In this document: positions 18,766-28,181 of the stretch, piece after piece | Layout of the letters: the number at the start of each line of letters is the position of its first letter | Numbering within the stretch: position 1 is the first letter of the stretch | DNA from: Candidatus Hikarchaeum yamanae | GTDB lineage: Archaea; Halobacteriota; Halobacteria; Halobacteriales; Hikarchaeaceae | NCBI GenBank assembly: GCA_009889635.1 | Contig: WTZQ01000002.1 | Coordinates: forward strand, 167,729 to 231,728 | Direction of reading: 5' to 3' | Length of the DNA stretch: 64,000 nt | Notes under the pieces: generated by a model | Seen by the model: the letters and a program-made list of their open reading frames with translations, nothing else | Database searches by the model: none | What the model was told of the DNA's origin: nothing | Translations under genes and position numbers: made by a program

Positions 18766-19491
18766 CTATGCATACTTCCTAGCAAAAGTCAAATATCCCG
18801 AATGCCCCACACCTATAGTTTGGGGCCTCGTACCGCGTGCACCAAACTCTACTTCACGCTGAACTGTATCTATCGTTTTTATATCTAACAAACCCACCTC
18901 TTTAGCACATTCCACTACCTTTTTAGCACTTTCCATAAATGGAGAATATGCTACTAAGATTCCACCTGCTCTGAGAATTTTTCTAGCATGCTTTACCACT
19001 AACTCTGCGTCCTTCATGTCCAGCGTTATTACACTAAAATCATTCAATACATCTAATTCCTCAATCACATCTCCCTCTCGTACTTCTACCATATCTTCAA
19101 CTCCTGCTTTTTTTATATTGGATTGGGCAACCTCGAAAAATTTAGTATTCTTTTCATATGTTATTACACTTGCCCCCACCTTTCCCAGACAGATTGATAA
19201 AATTCCAGTCCCCGTCCCCACGTCCAATATTCGATCATCTGACCCAATCCCTGCCATCCCTATAATCAACCCCACGTCGCGAGGAAGTATCGGGGCCCCT
19301 GTCCTTTCTAAATGATGGAACAGATCTGTAACTCTCGGCTCTATAACTGTAAATTTTTTACCAAGATGCGTCTCTATTGTGTCCCCTATTTTCACATCTT
19401 CTGGAACTCTCATTATTCCCAAATCTGTTCCGATCTCATCTCCTGGATGGCAAAGATACTCTCTATTCTCTCCAACTACTAGCACTATCAC
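18766..19491 (-). CDS. trmI: tRNA (adenine-N1)-methyltransferase TrmI/Gcd14 family
   Basis: 241 aa. AdoMet motif ILDVGTGTGIL, an N-terminal beta domain, and family-typical length. Confidence 0.75.
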   Translation of the reverse strand: MIVLVVGENREYLCHPGDEIGTDLGIMRVPEDVKIGDTIETHLGKKFTVIEPRVTDLFHHLERTGAPILPRDVGLIIGMAGIGSDDRILDVGTGTGILSICLGKVGASVITYEKNTKFFEVAQSNIKKAGVEDMVEVREGDVIEELDVLNDFSVITLDMKDAELVVKHARKILRAGGILVAYSPFMESAKKVVECAKEVGLLDIKTIDTVQREVEFGARGTRPQTIGVGHSGYLTFARKYA

Positions 19492-19844
19492 TTTAATCTG
19501 TATATTGCAGCAGCAAGATCTCCTTCAGTAGCCTCAATCGATTCTCGAGCTGTTTCTTCATCCGCGCCCGATTTTTGCATTACCATCTCGATATCCTCTT
19601 TAGATATTTTCATTCCACTATCTGCTATCTGATCACTTCCCCCTATTTCTGGGTCTCCAACCACCTGATATGTCTTTTGACCTCTTGCTTCCATTTTCGT
19701 CACTTCAGCTTCTTTAAATATTAATTTTTCACCACCCACTAGCGTCATTACAACGTCCTCTACTTCTAACTCTTCTAGTTCAATCCCCATCTGTTCCATC
19801 ATCTTTTTCATTTTTCGAGGGTTCAAACCCCCACCGCTAAACAT
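19488..19844 (-). CDS. nac: nascent polypeptide-associated complex protein (archaeal NAC)
   Basis: 118 aa. N-terminus NPRKMKKMMEQMGI, a NAC beta-barrel segment, and a C-terminal UBA-like EETARESIEATEGDLAAAI. Confidence 0.85.
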   Translation of the reverse strand: MFSGGGLNPRKMKKMMEQMGIELEELEVEDVVMTLVGGEKLIFKEAEVTKMEARGQKTYQVVGDPEIGGSDQIADSGMKISKEDIEMVMQKSGADEETARESIEATEGDLAAAIYRLK

Positions 19845-19890
19845 ACTCGTCTACATGTCCCGTCAAAACAAAAATATGGCGCTCGGAATC

Positions 19891-20376
19891 TTATTCCAAT
19901 TGGCCCTCTCTAACCTTTACCGCAACACCTCTGTTAAAATCCAACATGGCATCTGCACTCATTTTTGCCCTCCCCACCGCCAATAAACAATCATTTTCTC
20001 CTACTACCATCACCTCATCCTTGGGTCTAATATTTGGATCAACATCTATGACAAATTTTGCAAATGCGTTTTTCCCCTCCCTGACATATATCTCTGATTC
20101 TTCTCCTACCCTGACTCTGTATGCTGGAAATTCAAGTGATTTCCTAAGTCTTTTTCCACCTTCTATCCCCAATGAAAGCCTTCCCCCTTTGGTATGTGTC
20201 GCTATATACTCATCTTCTGAATGAATTTGACGAGCCCTACCCGTTCTCGATCTCTCTATCCTTATATCCCCTGTAAATAGCCCCTCTCCCGCCCCCTTCC
20301 CAAACTGATAATCTGCAATATCTTGAAGATCAAGTATCCATTCTTCATCACTTTTTTCTTCCATGATATTTCTCAT
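19891..20376 (-). CDS. PUA-domain RNA-binding protein
   Basis: 161 aa. The C-terminal segment EVMVVGENDCLLAVGRAKMSADAM...GVAVKVRE matches the PUA fold pattern. The start may be Met 5. Confidence 0.6.
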   Translation of the reverse strand: MRNIMEEKSDEEWILDLQDIADYQFGKGAGEGLFTGDIRIERSRTGRARQIHSEDEYIATHTKGGRLSLGIEGGKRLRKSLEFPAYRVRVGEESEIYVREGKNAFAKFVIDVDPNIRPKDEVMVVGENDCLLAVGRAKMSADAMLDFNRGVAVKVREGQLE

Positions 20377-20470
20377 ATCGTTATCGCATACTCGTATTTC
20401 TTTGGAAAAGACTATTTCCTTATACGTCTTACAAGACTCAGCACAAATCTAATCTTTCCAAGCACTTACT

Positions 20471-21379
20471 ATGACTTCTTTAAACCTAACTGGTGTTTTC
20501 CCTGCAATGACCACCCCATTTTTCAACGATGGGTCCATCGATTTTAATCAACTCGAACACGATGCAAAACGATTAGAATCTGCTGGAGTTGATGGGTTGG
20601 TCCCTACTGGTTCCACTGGCGAAAGCGCGACTCTATCTCACGATGAACACGTCGAAGTAGTAGAATGTGTGGTCAATGCGGTGAAAAATATTCCTATTAT
20701 TGCTGGAACTGGGAGCAATTCCACTAGTGAAGCGATAACCCTTTCCAAACGCTCTGTAGATGCTGGTGCGGACGGGATACTTTTAATTTCTCCCTACTAT
20801 AACAAACCAGAACCTGCTGGTATGGAATCTCACTTCTTGGCTATTGCAGATGCAGTCGAAATACCTCAAGTTATTTACAACGTGCCTTCTAGAACTGGAA
20901 GAAATATAGAAATACAAACAACAATATCACTCGCTTCCCATGATAATATTGTTGGGTATAAGGCAGCTAGTGGTGATATAGGTTTTATATCTCAAGTAAT
21001 CGAAAGTACTAGAGCGGAAAATTTTAACATTTTATCTGGGGACGACGAAATGACTGTCCCAATACTATGTCTTGGCGGAACGGGTGTTATCAGTGTTGCA
21101 GCAAACATAGCACCTGAATTGACCTGCGATATGGTATGGTCCACTCTACCCGGAGAGCGACATAATTTCTCCCATGCATTGTCCCTAAATCGCAAGTTGT
21201 GTCCCATCTTCCGTGGATTATTCGTCGAATCGAATCCAATACCCATCAAAGAAGCAATGCATTTAAAATATGATTCATCACCCCACCTTAGATTACCTTT
21301 GTCAAGAATCTCTGATGACAACCGTCAACAACTTCTTGACCTCTTAGGTGATTTAGCAGAATTAGAGCATACAATATGA
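20471..21379 (+). CDS. dapA: 4-hydroxy-tetrahydrodipicolinate synthase
   Basis: 302 aa. PTGSTGESATLS and the Schiff-base Lys context VGYKAASGD. Confidence 0.9.
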   Translation: MTSLNLTGVFPAMTTPFFNDGSIDFNQLEHDAKRLESAGVDGLVPTGSTGESATLSHDEHVEVVECVVNAVKNIPIIAGTGSNSTSEAITLSKRSVDAGADGILLISPYYNKPEPAGMESHFLAIADAVEIPQVIYNVPSRTGRNIEIQTTISLASHDNIVGYKAASGDIGFISQVIESTRAENFNILSGDDEMTVPILCLGGTGVISVAANIAPELTCDMVWSTLPGERHNFSHALSLNRKLCPIFRGLFVESNPIPIKEAMHLKYDSSPHLRLPLSRISDDNRQQLLDLLGDLAELEHTI

Positions 21380-22161
21380 ATATAGCAGTAACTGGAGCAA
21401 CAGGACGCATGGGCAAATCTGTAATTGAAGAGATACTTCAGAGATCGGATTCAACCACTGTGTCCTTTGCCACTTCCCAAAAAACTCAGAAAGAACTTCC
21501 AAACCATTTATCATCCGTAGAATTTCCAATCTGCAATCCTCTTGATTTTTCCTCCCAACTCCAGGAATCCAACCCAGATGTGATTATTGATTTAACAGTC
21601 CCAGAAGCAAGTTTATTTTTTGCTGAGAACGCAGCAAAATTCTCAATTCCCCTTGTAACAGGAACAACAGGATTTACAGACGAACAATTAAATGTGCTAC
21701 ACGATCTCAGCAATGAGATTCCTATACTCTTCGAAGCCAATTTCTCTAGAGGAATTGCATCATTACATCTAGCAATAGATGCAATTTCAGATGTTTTATT
21801 CAATTACGACGTCGAGCTAACTGAAACTCATCATAACAAAAAAATAGACGCACCGAGTGGAACACTTTTATCCATTCTAGATACTATCAAGAAATTCCGT
21901 CCCAACCTGGAAGCTATATATGGCCGATCTGGAATTCACGAGCGCCAACCAAACGAAGTTGGAGTCCATTCTGTACGGGCCGGTAACATTCGTGGTTCAC
22001 ATGAGGTACTTTTTTCTGGAAATGATGAAATGATTACTCTAACCCATCAGGCAGAGAGCCGTGGAGTCTACTCTTCTGGTGCAATAGACTCCGCCATCTG
22101 GCTTTCAAACCAACCACCTGGGTGGTATGATTTCAAAGATGTATTAGGTGTTTCAACATGA
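21376..22161 (+). CDS. dapB: 4-hydroxy-tetrahydrodipicolinate reductase
   Basis: 261 aa. GATGRMG at the N-terminus and signature ETHHNKKIDAPSGT. ATGA overlap with dapA. Confidence 0.9.
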   Translation: MNIAVTGATGRMGKSVIEEILQRSDSTTVSFATSQKTQKELPNHLSSVEFPICNPLDFSSQLQESNPDVIIDLTVPEASLFFAENAAKFSIPLVTGTTGFTDEQLNVLHDLSNEIPILFEANFSRGIASLHLAIDAISDVLFNYDVELTETHHNKKIDAPSGTLLSILDTIKKFRPNLEAIYGRSGIHERQPNEVGVHSVRAGNIRGSHEVLFSGNDEMITLTHQAESRGVYSSGAIDSAIWLSNQPPGWYDFKDVLGVST

Positions 22162-23024
22162 ATCTCAAAAACGACGTTTCTACTTTGTGGGATCTCTATA
22201 CTTCTGGTGAAATCAATTCAGAAAATCGAACCGAAGAACACCTATCCCTACTCGATGAGTTTCTTGACTCTCTAGAGTCTGGAACAACCAAATCTGCGGA
22301 AAAAAAATCTGAAGGGTGGACTGCAAATACTTGGGTCAAACACGGAATTTTATTAAATTTTTCTCTTAGAAAAAAATACCCTATTGTCTACGGGCCACCT
22401 GCGCCCTTACCCGAAGACTTTCCTGTAGTTGTATATAATGATATTTTGCCCCTGGCAGATACTTCCGATTTCCTTCAACGCGGAATTCGGAACACTCCAT
22501 CTGCAACAGTCATCCGACGCGGCGTTCATATTGGTTCTAATGCAATTCTAATGAGCCCCTGTTTTGTCAATATAGGCGCATCAATTGGAGATGGGACTCT
22601 TGTTGATTCCAACGATGTGGTTGGTTCCTGTGCTCAAGTAGGCGCTAATGTGAAACTCGGGGCAAACACCGTTATAGGAGGGGTCCTGGAACCTGTAGAA
22701 GACACACCCGTTATAATAGAAGATAATGTTTCCTTGGGGGCCGGATGCCGTGTAACCAGCGGATTCGTAGTTGGAGAAGGATCCGTCGTGGCCGAAAACA
22801 CTCTTCTAACTCCTAGAATCCCTGTATATGATCTAGTTTCAGAAGAAATTATTCATGGCCATATTCCTCCAAATCGCCGTGCATTCACTCGATTTGTACA
22901 TTCTGATGTTGGAAATCATCCGTTGTTTGAAGGAGGTGGGGCATTGAAACCCGCAGTTGTGGCACTATCCATCGAAGAATCCACACAAATCGCAGCAGAA
23001 AAAGAGGACCTTTTGCGGAAGTGA
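22158..23024 (+). CDS. dapD: 2,3,4,5-tetrahydropyridine-2,6-dicarboxylate N-succinyltransferase (hexapeptide-repeat)
   Basis: 288 aa. Left-handed beta-helix hexapeptide repeats (IGSNAILM..., IGDGTLVD..., VGANVKLGANTVIGG...). Operon context. Confidence 0.8.
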   Translation: MNLKNDVSTLWDLYTSGEINSENRTEEHLSLLDEFLDSLESGTTKSAEKKSEGWTANTWVKHGILLNFSLRKKYPIVYGPPAPLPEDFPVVVYNDILPLADTSDFLQRGIRNTPSATVIRRGVHIGSNAILMSPCFVNIGASIGDGTLVDSNDVVGSCAQVGANVKLGANTVIGGVLEPVEDTPVIIEDNVSLGAGCRVTSGFVVGEGSVVAENTLLTPRIPVYDLVSEEIIHGHIPPNRRAFTRFVHSDVGNHPLFEGGGALKPAVVALSIEESTQIAAEKEDLLRK

Positions 23025-23031
23025 TTTCCTG

Positions 23032-24258
23032 ATGTCAGAGCACAGAACAATCTCCGATTGGTCACACGAAACACTACTATCTATTGTGGAAACTCATGGG
23101 ACTCCAACCTATGTAATTGATCTCGAAAGAATCCGCCAAAATTACCGCAGATTATCCTCTGCTTTTGAGGACGCAGATATATACTATGCAGCAAAAGCCA
23201 ATACCTCTGGGGCAATACTACAAACACTTGGAAATCTGGGAGCCGGGATTGAATGTGTCTCTGCTGGAGAAATTTACAGGTCTATACGTGCAGAAATACC
23301 TCCTTCAAGAATCCTGTATACTGCAGTAAACCCTCCTGATTCTGATCTAGATTTTGCAGTTAATCTTTCTGGATTAACAATAAATATTGGCTCTCACGAT
23401 ACACTCCGTAGATTATCTGAACGGGATTATCGTGGCCGTATATGCCTTCGAATCAATACTGGATCTGGGGCAGGCCACCACAAATATGTATCAACAGGAT
23501 CCGACGCAAAATTTGGATTTTCCCCCGATCAAGCCCTATATCTACTTTCCTCACATTCTTCTCATGATTTCGATATCGTTGGAATACATGCCCATGCTGG
23601 AAGTGGAATCTCCCCTCAAGACATGGACGTCCATCAAAGTCTTTGCAGGACCCTTGGAGATATATCCCGATCTTCGCCAATTGATCTAGAGTTCATCGAT
23701 GTAGGAGGGGGATTTGGTGTTCCATACCATCCCGAGGATCTGTCTCTGGATCTATCTAAAGTCTCGCTCGAAATACAGAAATCTTTAGGGGATTTTTCTG
23801 CAAAACTTGTCCTTGAACCAGGGAGATACATAGTAGCAGATGCTGGAATACTCCTCACGAAAATTAACACAATCAAAAATCTAGATTCTCACACTATAGT
23901 GGGGGTGGATGCTGGAATGCACACTTTACTTAGACCTGCTTTGTATGGTTCTTATCATGATATTCAAAATATTTCTTCAACCGAAACTAAACAGTCCTTG
24001 CCAAATACCACCGTAACCGGCCCAATCTGTGAAAGTGCCGATATCCTAGGAGTCGATATAGAACTTGAGGCTTCTGCTACTGGTGATATTTTAGCTATTG
24101 GAAATGCAGGTGCATACGGCGAAGCAATGGAAAGCCAATACAACTCTTTCCCTCGTTCTGCGACCGTGGCAATTGATGGAAATAATATAGGTCTCATCCG
24201 AAAAAGAGAGACGCTCGAGGATCTTTGCTCCCATGAACATGAGGTAGGTTGGTTTTGA
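23032..24258 (+). CDS. lysA: diaminopimelate decarboxylase
   Basis: PLP-Lys context YYAAKAN and DVGGGFGVPY. ATG 23032 is preferred over the track start 22957, which overlaps dapD by 68 nt. Confidence 0.9.
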   Translation: MSEHRTISDWSHETLLSIVETHGTPTYVIDLERIRQNYRRLSSAFEDADIYYAAKANTSGAILQTLGNLGAGIECVSAGEIYRSIRAEIPPSRILYTAVNPPDSDLDFAVNLSGLTINIGSHDTLRRLSERDYRGRICLRINTGSGAGHHKYVSTGSDAKFGFSPDQALYLLSSHSSHDFDIVGIHAHAGSGISPQDMDVHQSLCRTLGDISRSSPIDLEFIDVGGGFGVPYHPEDLSLDLSKVSLEIQKSLGDFSAKLVLEPGRYIVADAGILLTKINTIKNLDSHTIVGVDAGMHTLLRPALYGSYHDIQNISSTETKQSLPNTTVTGPICESADILGVDIELEASATGDILAIGNAGAYGEAMESQYNSFPRSATVAIDGNNIGLIRKRETLEDLCSHEHEVGWF

Positions 24259-25079
24259 TACCATTCGATAAATATCATGGTGCTGGAAATGATTTTATAC
24301 TCATCCACAAACGTCTGGATAAAATCTCTAACCGTTCCGAATTAGCCATAGCTCAGTGCAACAGAGAAGATGGAATCGGCGCAGATGGGGTTCTCTTTTT
24401 GACAATTGAGTCTACCTCCTCCCCTCCCCAAATTACCATGGACTTACGCCAACCAGATGGTTCAGTTGGCCCCATGTGTGGAAATGCCGCTAGATGTGCA
24501 GTAAAATGGGCTAGCGAACTTTTGAATAAAGAAGAAATTATTCTGCACACTGCTGCAGGAACCTTCCCATCCAAAATAGTCGATGGGGGTGATGTTCAAG
24601 TTGAAATGGAACCTTCCACTTTCGAACCCAAAAGCGTACCTATCATCTCAGATATTCCCTTCATAGATCAGGACTTGTTCGGTCTAAACACTACTGCGAT
24701 CAATTCAGGAGGGGTCACCCAAGCTGTAATATTTGTGGACGATATAACTGATCCAATTTTACTCAACAAAGCATTTGATATCCGCCATTCCAAGATGTTC
24801 CCCAAAGGAACCAATGTCACATTTGCCCAAAAGATCCAAAATGGGTTTAAACAAAAAACTTTCGAGCGCGGAGTGGAGGGCATAACTCTCGCTTGTGGAA
24901 CTGGTGCATGTGCAATAGCTTCGGTGTTGCACCACTCCAAACAAATTAAACCAAATCAATCAATACGCATAACTCAAGAAGGTGGAGAAGATCTCTTTGT
25001 GACTATTAACAAAACAGGTTCTATGATTTTAAGAGGTCCTGCAGCAAAACAGTTCTCTGGAGAGCTCCCACTAATATGA
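24249..25079 (+). CDS. dapF: diaminopimelate epimerase
   Basis: 276 aa. GAGNDFIL and the two catalytic Cys contexts MCGNAARC and LACGTGACA. TTG start overlapping the lysA stop. Confidence 0.9.
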   Translation: MVLIPFDKYHGAGNDFILIHKRLDKISNRSELAIAQCNREDGIGADGVLFLTIESTSSPPQITMDLRQPDGSVGPMCGNAARCAVKWASELLNKEEIILHTAAGTFPSKIVDGGDVQVEMEPSTFEPKSVPIISDIPFIDQDLFGLNTTAINSGGVTQAVIFVDDITDPILLNKAFDIRHSKMFPKGTNVTFAQKIQNGFKQKTFERGVEGITLACGTGACAIASVLHHSKQIKPNQSIRITQEGGEDLFVTINKTGSMILRGPAAKQFSGELPLI

Positions 25080-26149
25080 CGAATTTTGATATAGTATCTT
25101 TCCTCGAACAATCCGTACAAATACCCTCTCACGACGATGTCGATGAAATGAGAACTTTCCTTGTAGATACCCTCACATCTCATGGATTTGAACCTTCAGT
25201 TGATTCGGCAGGTAATACAATTACAACTAGAGGGACTGGATCCCCCCATATTGTCTTAAATACTCACATAGACACCGTTCCCCCTTATCTCCCCTTCCAC
25301 AGTGACAGCGACATGGTCTATGGGCGCGGAGCTTGCGATGCAAAAGGACCACTCGCAGCTTTTGTATACGCATTTATTCATAGCAACCCTTCTGGAAAAT
25401 TAACACTAGCCATAACGCCCGACGAGGAACTCACATCCCGCGGAGCGAACGCATTACACTTCGACGACGTCCCAGACGCGTTCATCGTAGGGGAGCCAAC
25501 CAATCTTGATATCTGCAATGCTTCCAAAGGTAGATTTGAAGCAAAGATATTGATCATAGGGGAAAATGCACATGCAGCTGAATCTCATCTAACCAACAAC
25601 GTCATCGATGTTTGCGTTTCTATCCTTGCAGCATTGAAAACATTCGATAAAGAACAACCAGTCAACACTGAAACATCCCTCGGATCTCCTCTTCTCACCC
25701 CCACTATAATTAAGAGCGGTGATTTCTCAAACCAAATACCATCTAAATGTGAAATCACCGTCGACCGAAGAAGTGTTCCTCCTGAATCTGCAGATGACTT
25801 CAAACTTTCTCTGGAGTCTCATCTTAAAAATCATATACCTAAATGGGCTACCATTTCTATATCCCTATCCGAACGAGAAACTCCATTTCTAGGGCCCTTT
25901 TTTACCCCCGAAGATACAAATTTGGTTAAATGCTTTCAACAAATAAGTGGAACAAAAACCCGCCCCTTCACCGCAGCTAGCGAAGCATCTTATTTTTCTT
26001 TAATTGCCCCCACCGTCATTTTTGGCCCTGGCGTTCTAACTGACTCCACTGGTGCAGTTGCACATTCCTCCCGTGAATACGTCCCCATTTCTGAAGTCAA
26101 AAAAGCCGCCCATATTTTGACAGATGTCATTTCAAAACTGGGATTATGA
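25076..26149 (+). CDS. dapE: M20 family succinyl-diaminopimelate desuccinylase (DapE/ArgE-like)
   Basis: 357 aa. NTHIDTVP and GRGACDAKG metal-binding motifs. ATGA overlap with dapF. Confidence 0.8.
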   Translation: MTNFDIVSFLEQSVQIPSHDDVDEMRTFLVDTLTSHGFEPSVDSAGNTITTRGTGSPHIVLNTHIDTVPPYLPFHSDSDMVYGRGACDAKGPLAAFVYAFIHSNPSGKLTLAITPDEELTSRGANALHFDDVPDAFIVGEPTNLDICNASKGRFEAKILIIGENAHAAESHLTNNVIDVCVSILAALKTFDKEQPVNTETSLGSPLLTPTIIKSGDFSNQIPSKCEITVDRRSVPPESADDFKLSLESHLKNHIPKWATISISLSERETPFLGPFFTPEDTNLVKCFQQISGTKTRPFTAASEASYFSLIAPTVIFGPGVLTDSTGAVAHSSREYVPISEVKKAAHILTDVISKLGL

Positions 26150-26181
26150 ATCTACCCTTCATTTTGTTCATAATCTCCTAT

Positions 26182-26204
26182 ATGGCAAAAAAGCCATGTT
26201 TTTT
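26182..26204 (+). terminator. hairpin plus T6 terminator candidate ending the dap/lys operon
   Basis: atggc-aaaaaa-gccat perfect 5-bp stem followed by g-tttttt, beginning 33 nt after the dapE stop. Confidence 0.45.
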
Positions 26205-26218
26205 ATCCACTGACCTCT

Positions 26219-26662
26219 GTGATCTTCGGTATGAGTTACAGAAACTCTCTGTTGACTAAATCTTCTTCTACGAAAATCAAATCTATTCTTCTTATCTCTA
26301 GTATCCTAACCACCATTTGTTTATTTGGATTTCTCTCTTTACTAATGGGACCACAAGATGGATTTCTTTCTAGAATGCCCCTCTATGTTTTCGGAACTTC
26401 TATTTCATTTGTGGTAGCCATAATTCTTTACGATGGACTCTTAAAAACAGGCCAATCTTCAATTCGTTCCGCATTTCTAATGGGATTTATAACTTTTATT
26501 TTTTTAGTTTCATTTGGAGAAGGAATTATATCTATCTTGGTGAATTCTAATCTCACATTAACCACGAAAAATCTATTCTATCTTCCTTCTTTAAGCTTAT
26601 TTTTAACAGGCATCGGATACTGGATGTCCCTGCATAAATCTGATCTTATCTCTAAAAAATAA
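26219..26662 (+). CDS. hypothetical membrane protein (about 4 TM)
   Basis: 147 aa with four clear hydrophobic segments. No recognisable motif. The start could be ATG 26231. Confidence 0.5.
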   Translation: MIFGMSYRNSLLTKSSSTKIKSILLISSILTTICLFGFLSLLMGPQDGFLSRMPLYVFGTSISFVVAIILYDGLLKTGQSSIRSAFLMGFITFIFLVSFGEGIISILVNSNLTLTTKNLFYLPSLSLFLTGIGYWMSLHKSDLISKK

Positions 26663-28036
26663 TCAACGAATTTCATCAACTAATTCACCCGCCAAACCAA
26701 AATATCTCTGTGGTACTAGATCTTTTAATTCTTCCCGTACAACATCTTCTATTTCCAACCTGTCTACCATTCTATGCAATTCTTCCATAGTGATATTTTT
26801 CCCCCGGGTTTCGGACTTCAGAATTTCATACGCATCTTGATATCCCTCCCTGCGTAATATGGTCTGATATGCCTCTCCTAATATCTCTACATTTTCTGAA
26901 AGACTTTCAATCATCTTCTTTTCATCTGGTTCTATCTTGGCCAATCCCTCTTTTGTTTTACAATAACCCAATAAACAATGAGCAAACGCAGAGCCTATAT
27001 TTCTCTTCACAGTCGAACTAATCAAATCCCGTTGTAATCTCGAAACTGTAATCGTTTCTGATAAAAATTTCAAGTCGCTATTTGCCTTTCCTAAATTTCC
27101 CTCTGCATTCTCAAATTCAATTGGGTTTACTTTATGTGGCATCGTAGATGACCCCGTTTCCGCTTCATTCTTGCGCAAAGTAATTTGTTTGTTTGAAATA
27201 TACATCCACATATCTCGATTTAAATCTATTATTATCTGATTGACAATTTGTATCATTGAAAACAGAATAGCTAGGTCATCCCCCGGATTAATTTGAGTCG
27301 TCAATGGTATTTGTTTGAATCCTAATTTTCCCACCACTTTCTTTGAAACTTCTGGCCAATCTACTCCTGGAATTGCAACTACCTGGGCCGCATAATTTCC
27401 ACTCGCTCCTGACATTTTCCCCACAAGTTCTCCCGTTGAATGTTCAATTTCCCTTTGCATTTGGTTCAATCGAGATGCATAAATAGCCATTTCCTTTCCG
27501 AAGGTAGTCGGAGTTGCTGGCTGCCCATGAGTTAGGGACAACATAGGCGTATCTCTCCATCCTATGGCAAGTTTTTCTATCTCATCTTTCACGGCATTTA
27601 TAGCTGGAATTAGAATCTCTTCCATCGATCCTTTTACAAGAATTCGATAAGCAATATTGGTCACATCCTCACTAGTCAATCCAAAGTGTATCCATGGATG
27701 TATCTTCCCAGGTGTCTTCTCTCGCAAAAAATATTCTATTGCCTTTACATCATGATTCGTCGCTTTGTACTCTTTGTACCCTTTCCTTTCAATTTCTTTC
27801 ACCATCCTTGCGTCGGATTCTCCAAAATCCACGTATACCTTGCGCAATGCTTTCATTTCTTCCTCTGATAATTCTAAAGAGATTTCTTCTTCTTCTGACA
27901 GAGAAATTAGATATTCGATTTCAACTTGCACACGCTCTCGCATAAGGGCTGCTTCCCCCATATATTCCCTTAGAGGAAATGTCTCAACTGCATAGCGCCC
28001 ATCAATCGCTGATATGGCAAAAAGTGGGTCGTCCAT
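26663..28036 (-). CDS. purB: adenylosuccinate lyase
   Basis: Signature GSSTMPHKVNPIEFEN and N-terminus ISAIDGRYA. Met 43 of the track ORF (28036) is taken as the start; the upstream 42 codons look spurious. Confidence 0.9.
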   Translation of the reverse strand: MDDPLFAISAIDGRYAVETFPLREYMGEAALMRERVQVEIEYLISLSEEEEISLELSEEEMKALRKVYVDFGESDARMVKEIERKGYKEYKATNHDVKAIEYFLREKTPGKIHPWIHFGLTSEDVTNIAYRILVKGSMEEILIPAINAVKDEIEKLAIGWRDTPMLSLTHGQPATPTTFGKEMAIYASRLNQMQREIEHSTGELVGKMSGASGNYAAQVVAIPGVDWPEVSKKVVGKLGFKQIPLTTQINPGDDLAILFSMIQIVNQIIIDLNRDMWMYISNKQITLRKNEAETGSSTMPHKVNPIEFENAEGNLGKANSDLKFLSETITVSRLQRDLISSTVKRNIGSAFAHCLLGYCKTKEGLAKIEPDEKKMIESLSENVEILGEAYQTILRREGYQDAYEILKSETRGKNITMEELHRMVDRLEIEDVVREELKDLVPQRYFGLAGELVDEIR

Positions 28037-28181
28037 AGTCTCCCCTTTGTTCTGCGCCCGTAAAAAAGACTCCAGTCTAATTTTCTCAATTGCTATGTTC
28101 ACCAAAAAAGAATTATTCTTCATAAAATCTACCTCTCCATAGTGTAAAAAGCAAAAACGCAACGAATTTGGTACATCAAGC

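Noticed and set aside
22957-23031. A 25-codon N-terminal extension of lysA given by the ORF track.
   Set aside because: It overlaps dapD by 68 nt and encodes a basic, non-conserved-looking peptide. ATG 23032 gives a normal LysA N-terminus with a 7-nt gap after dapD.
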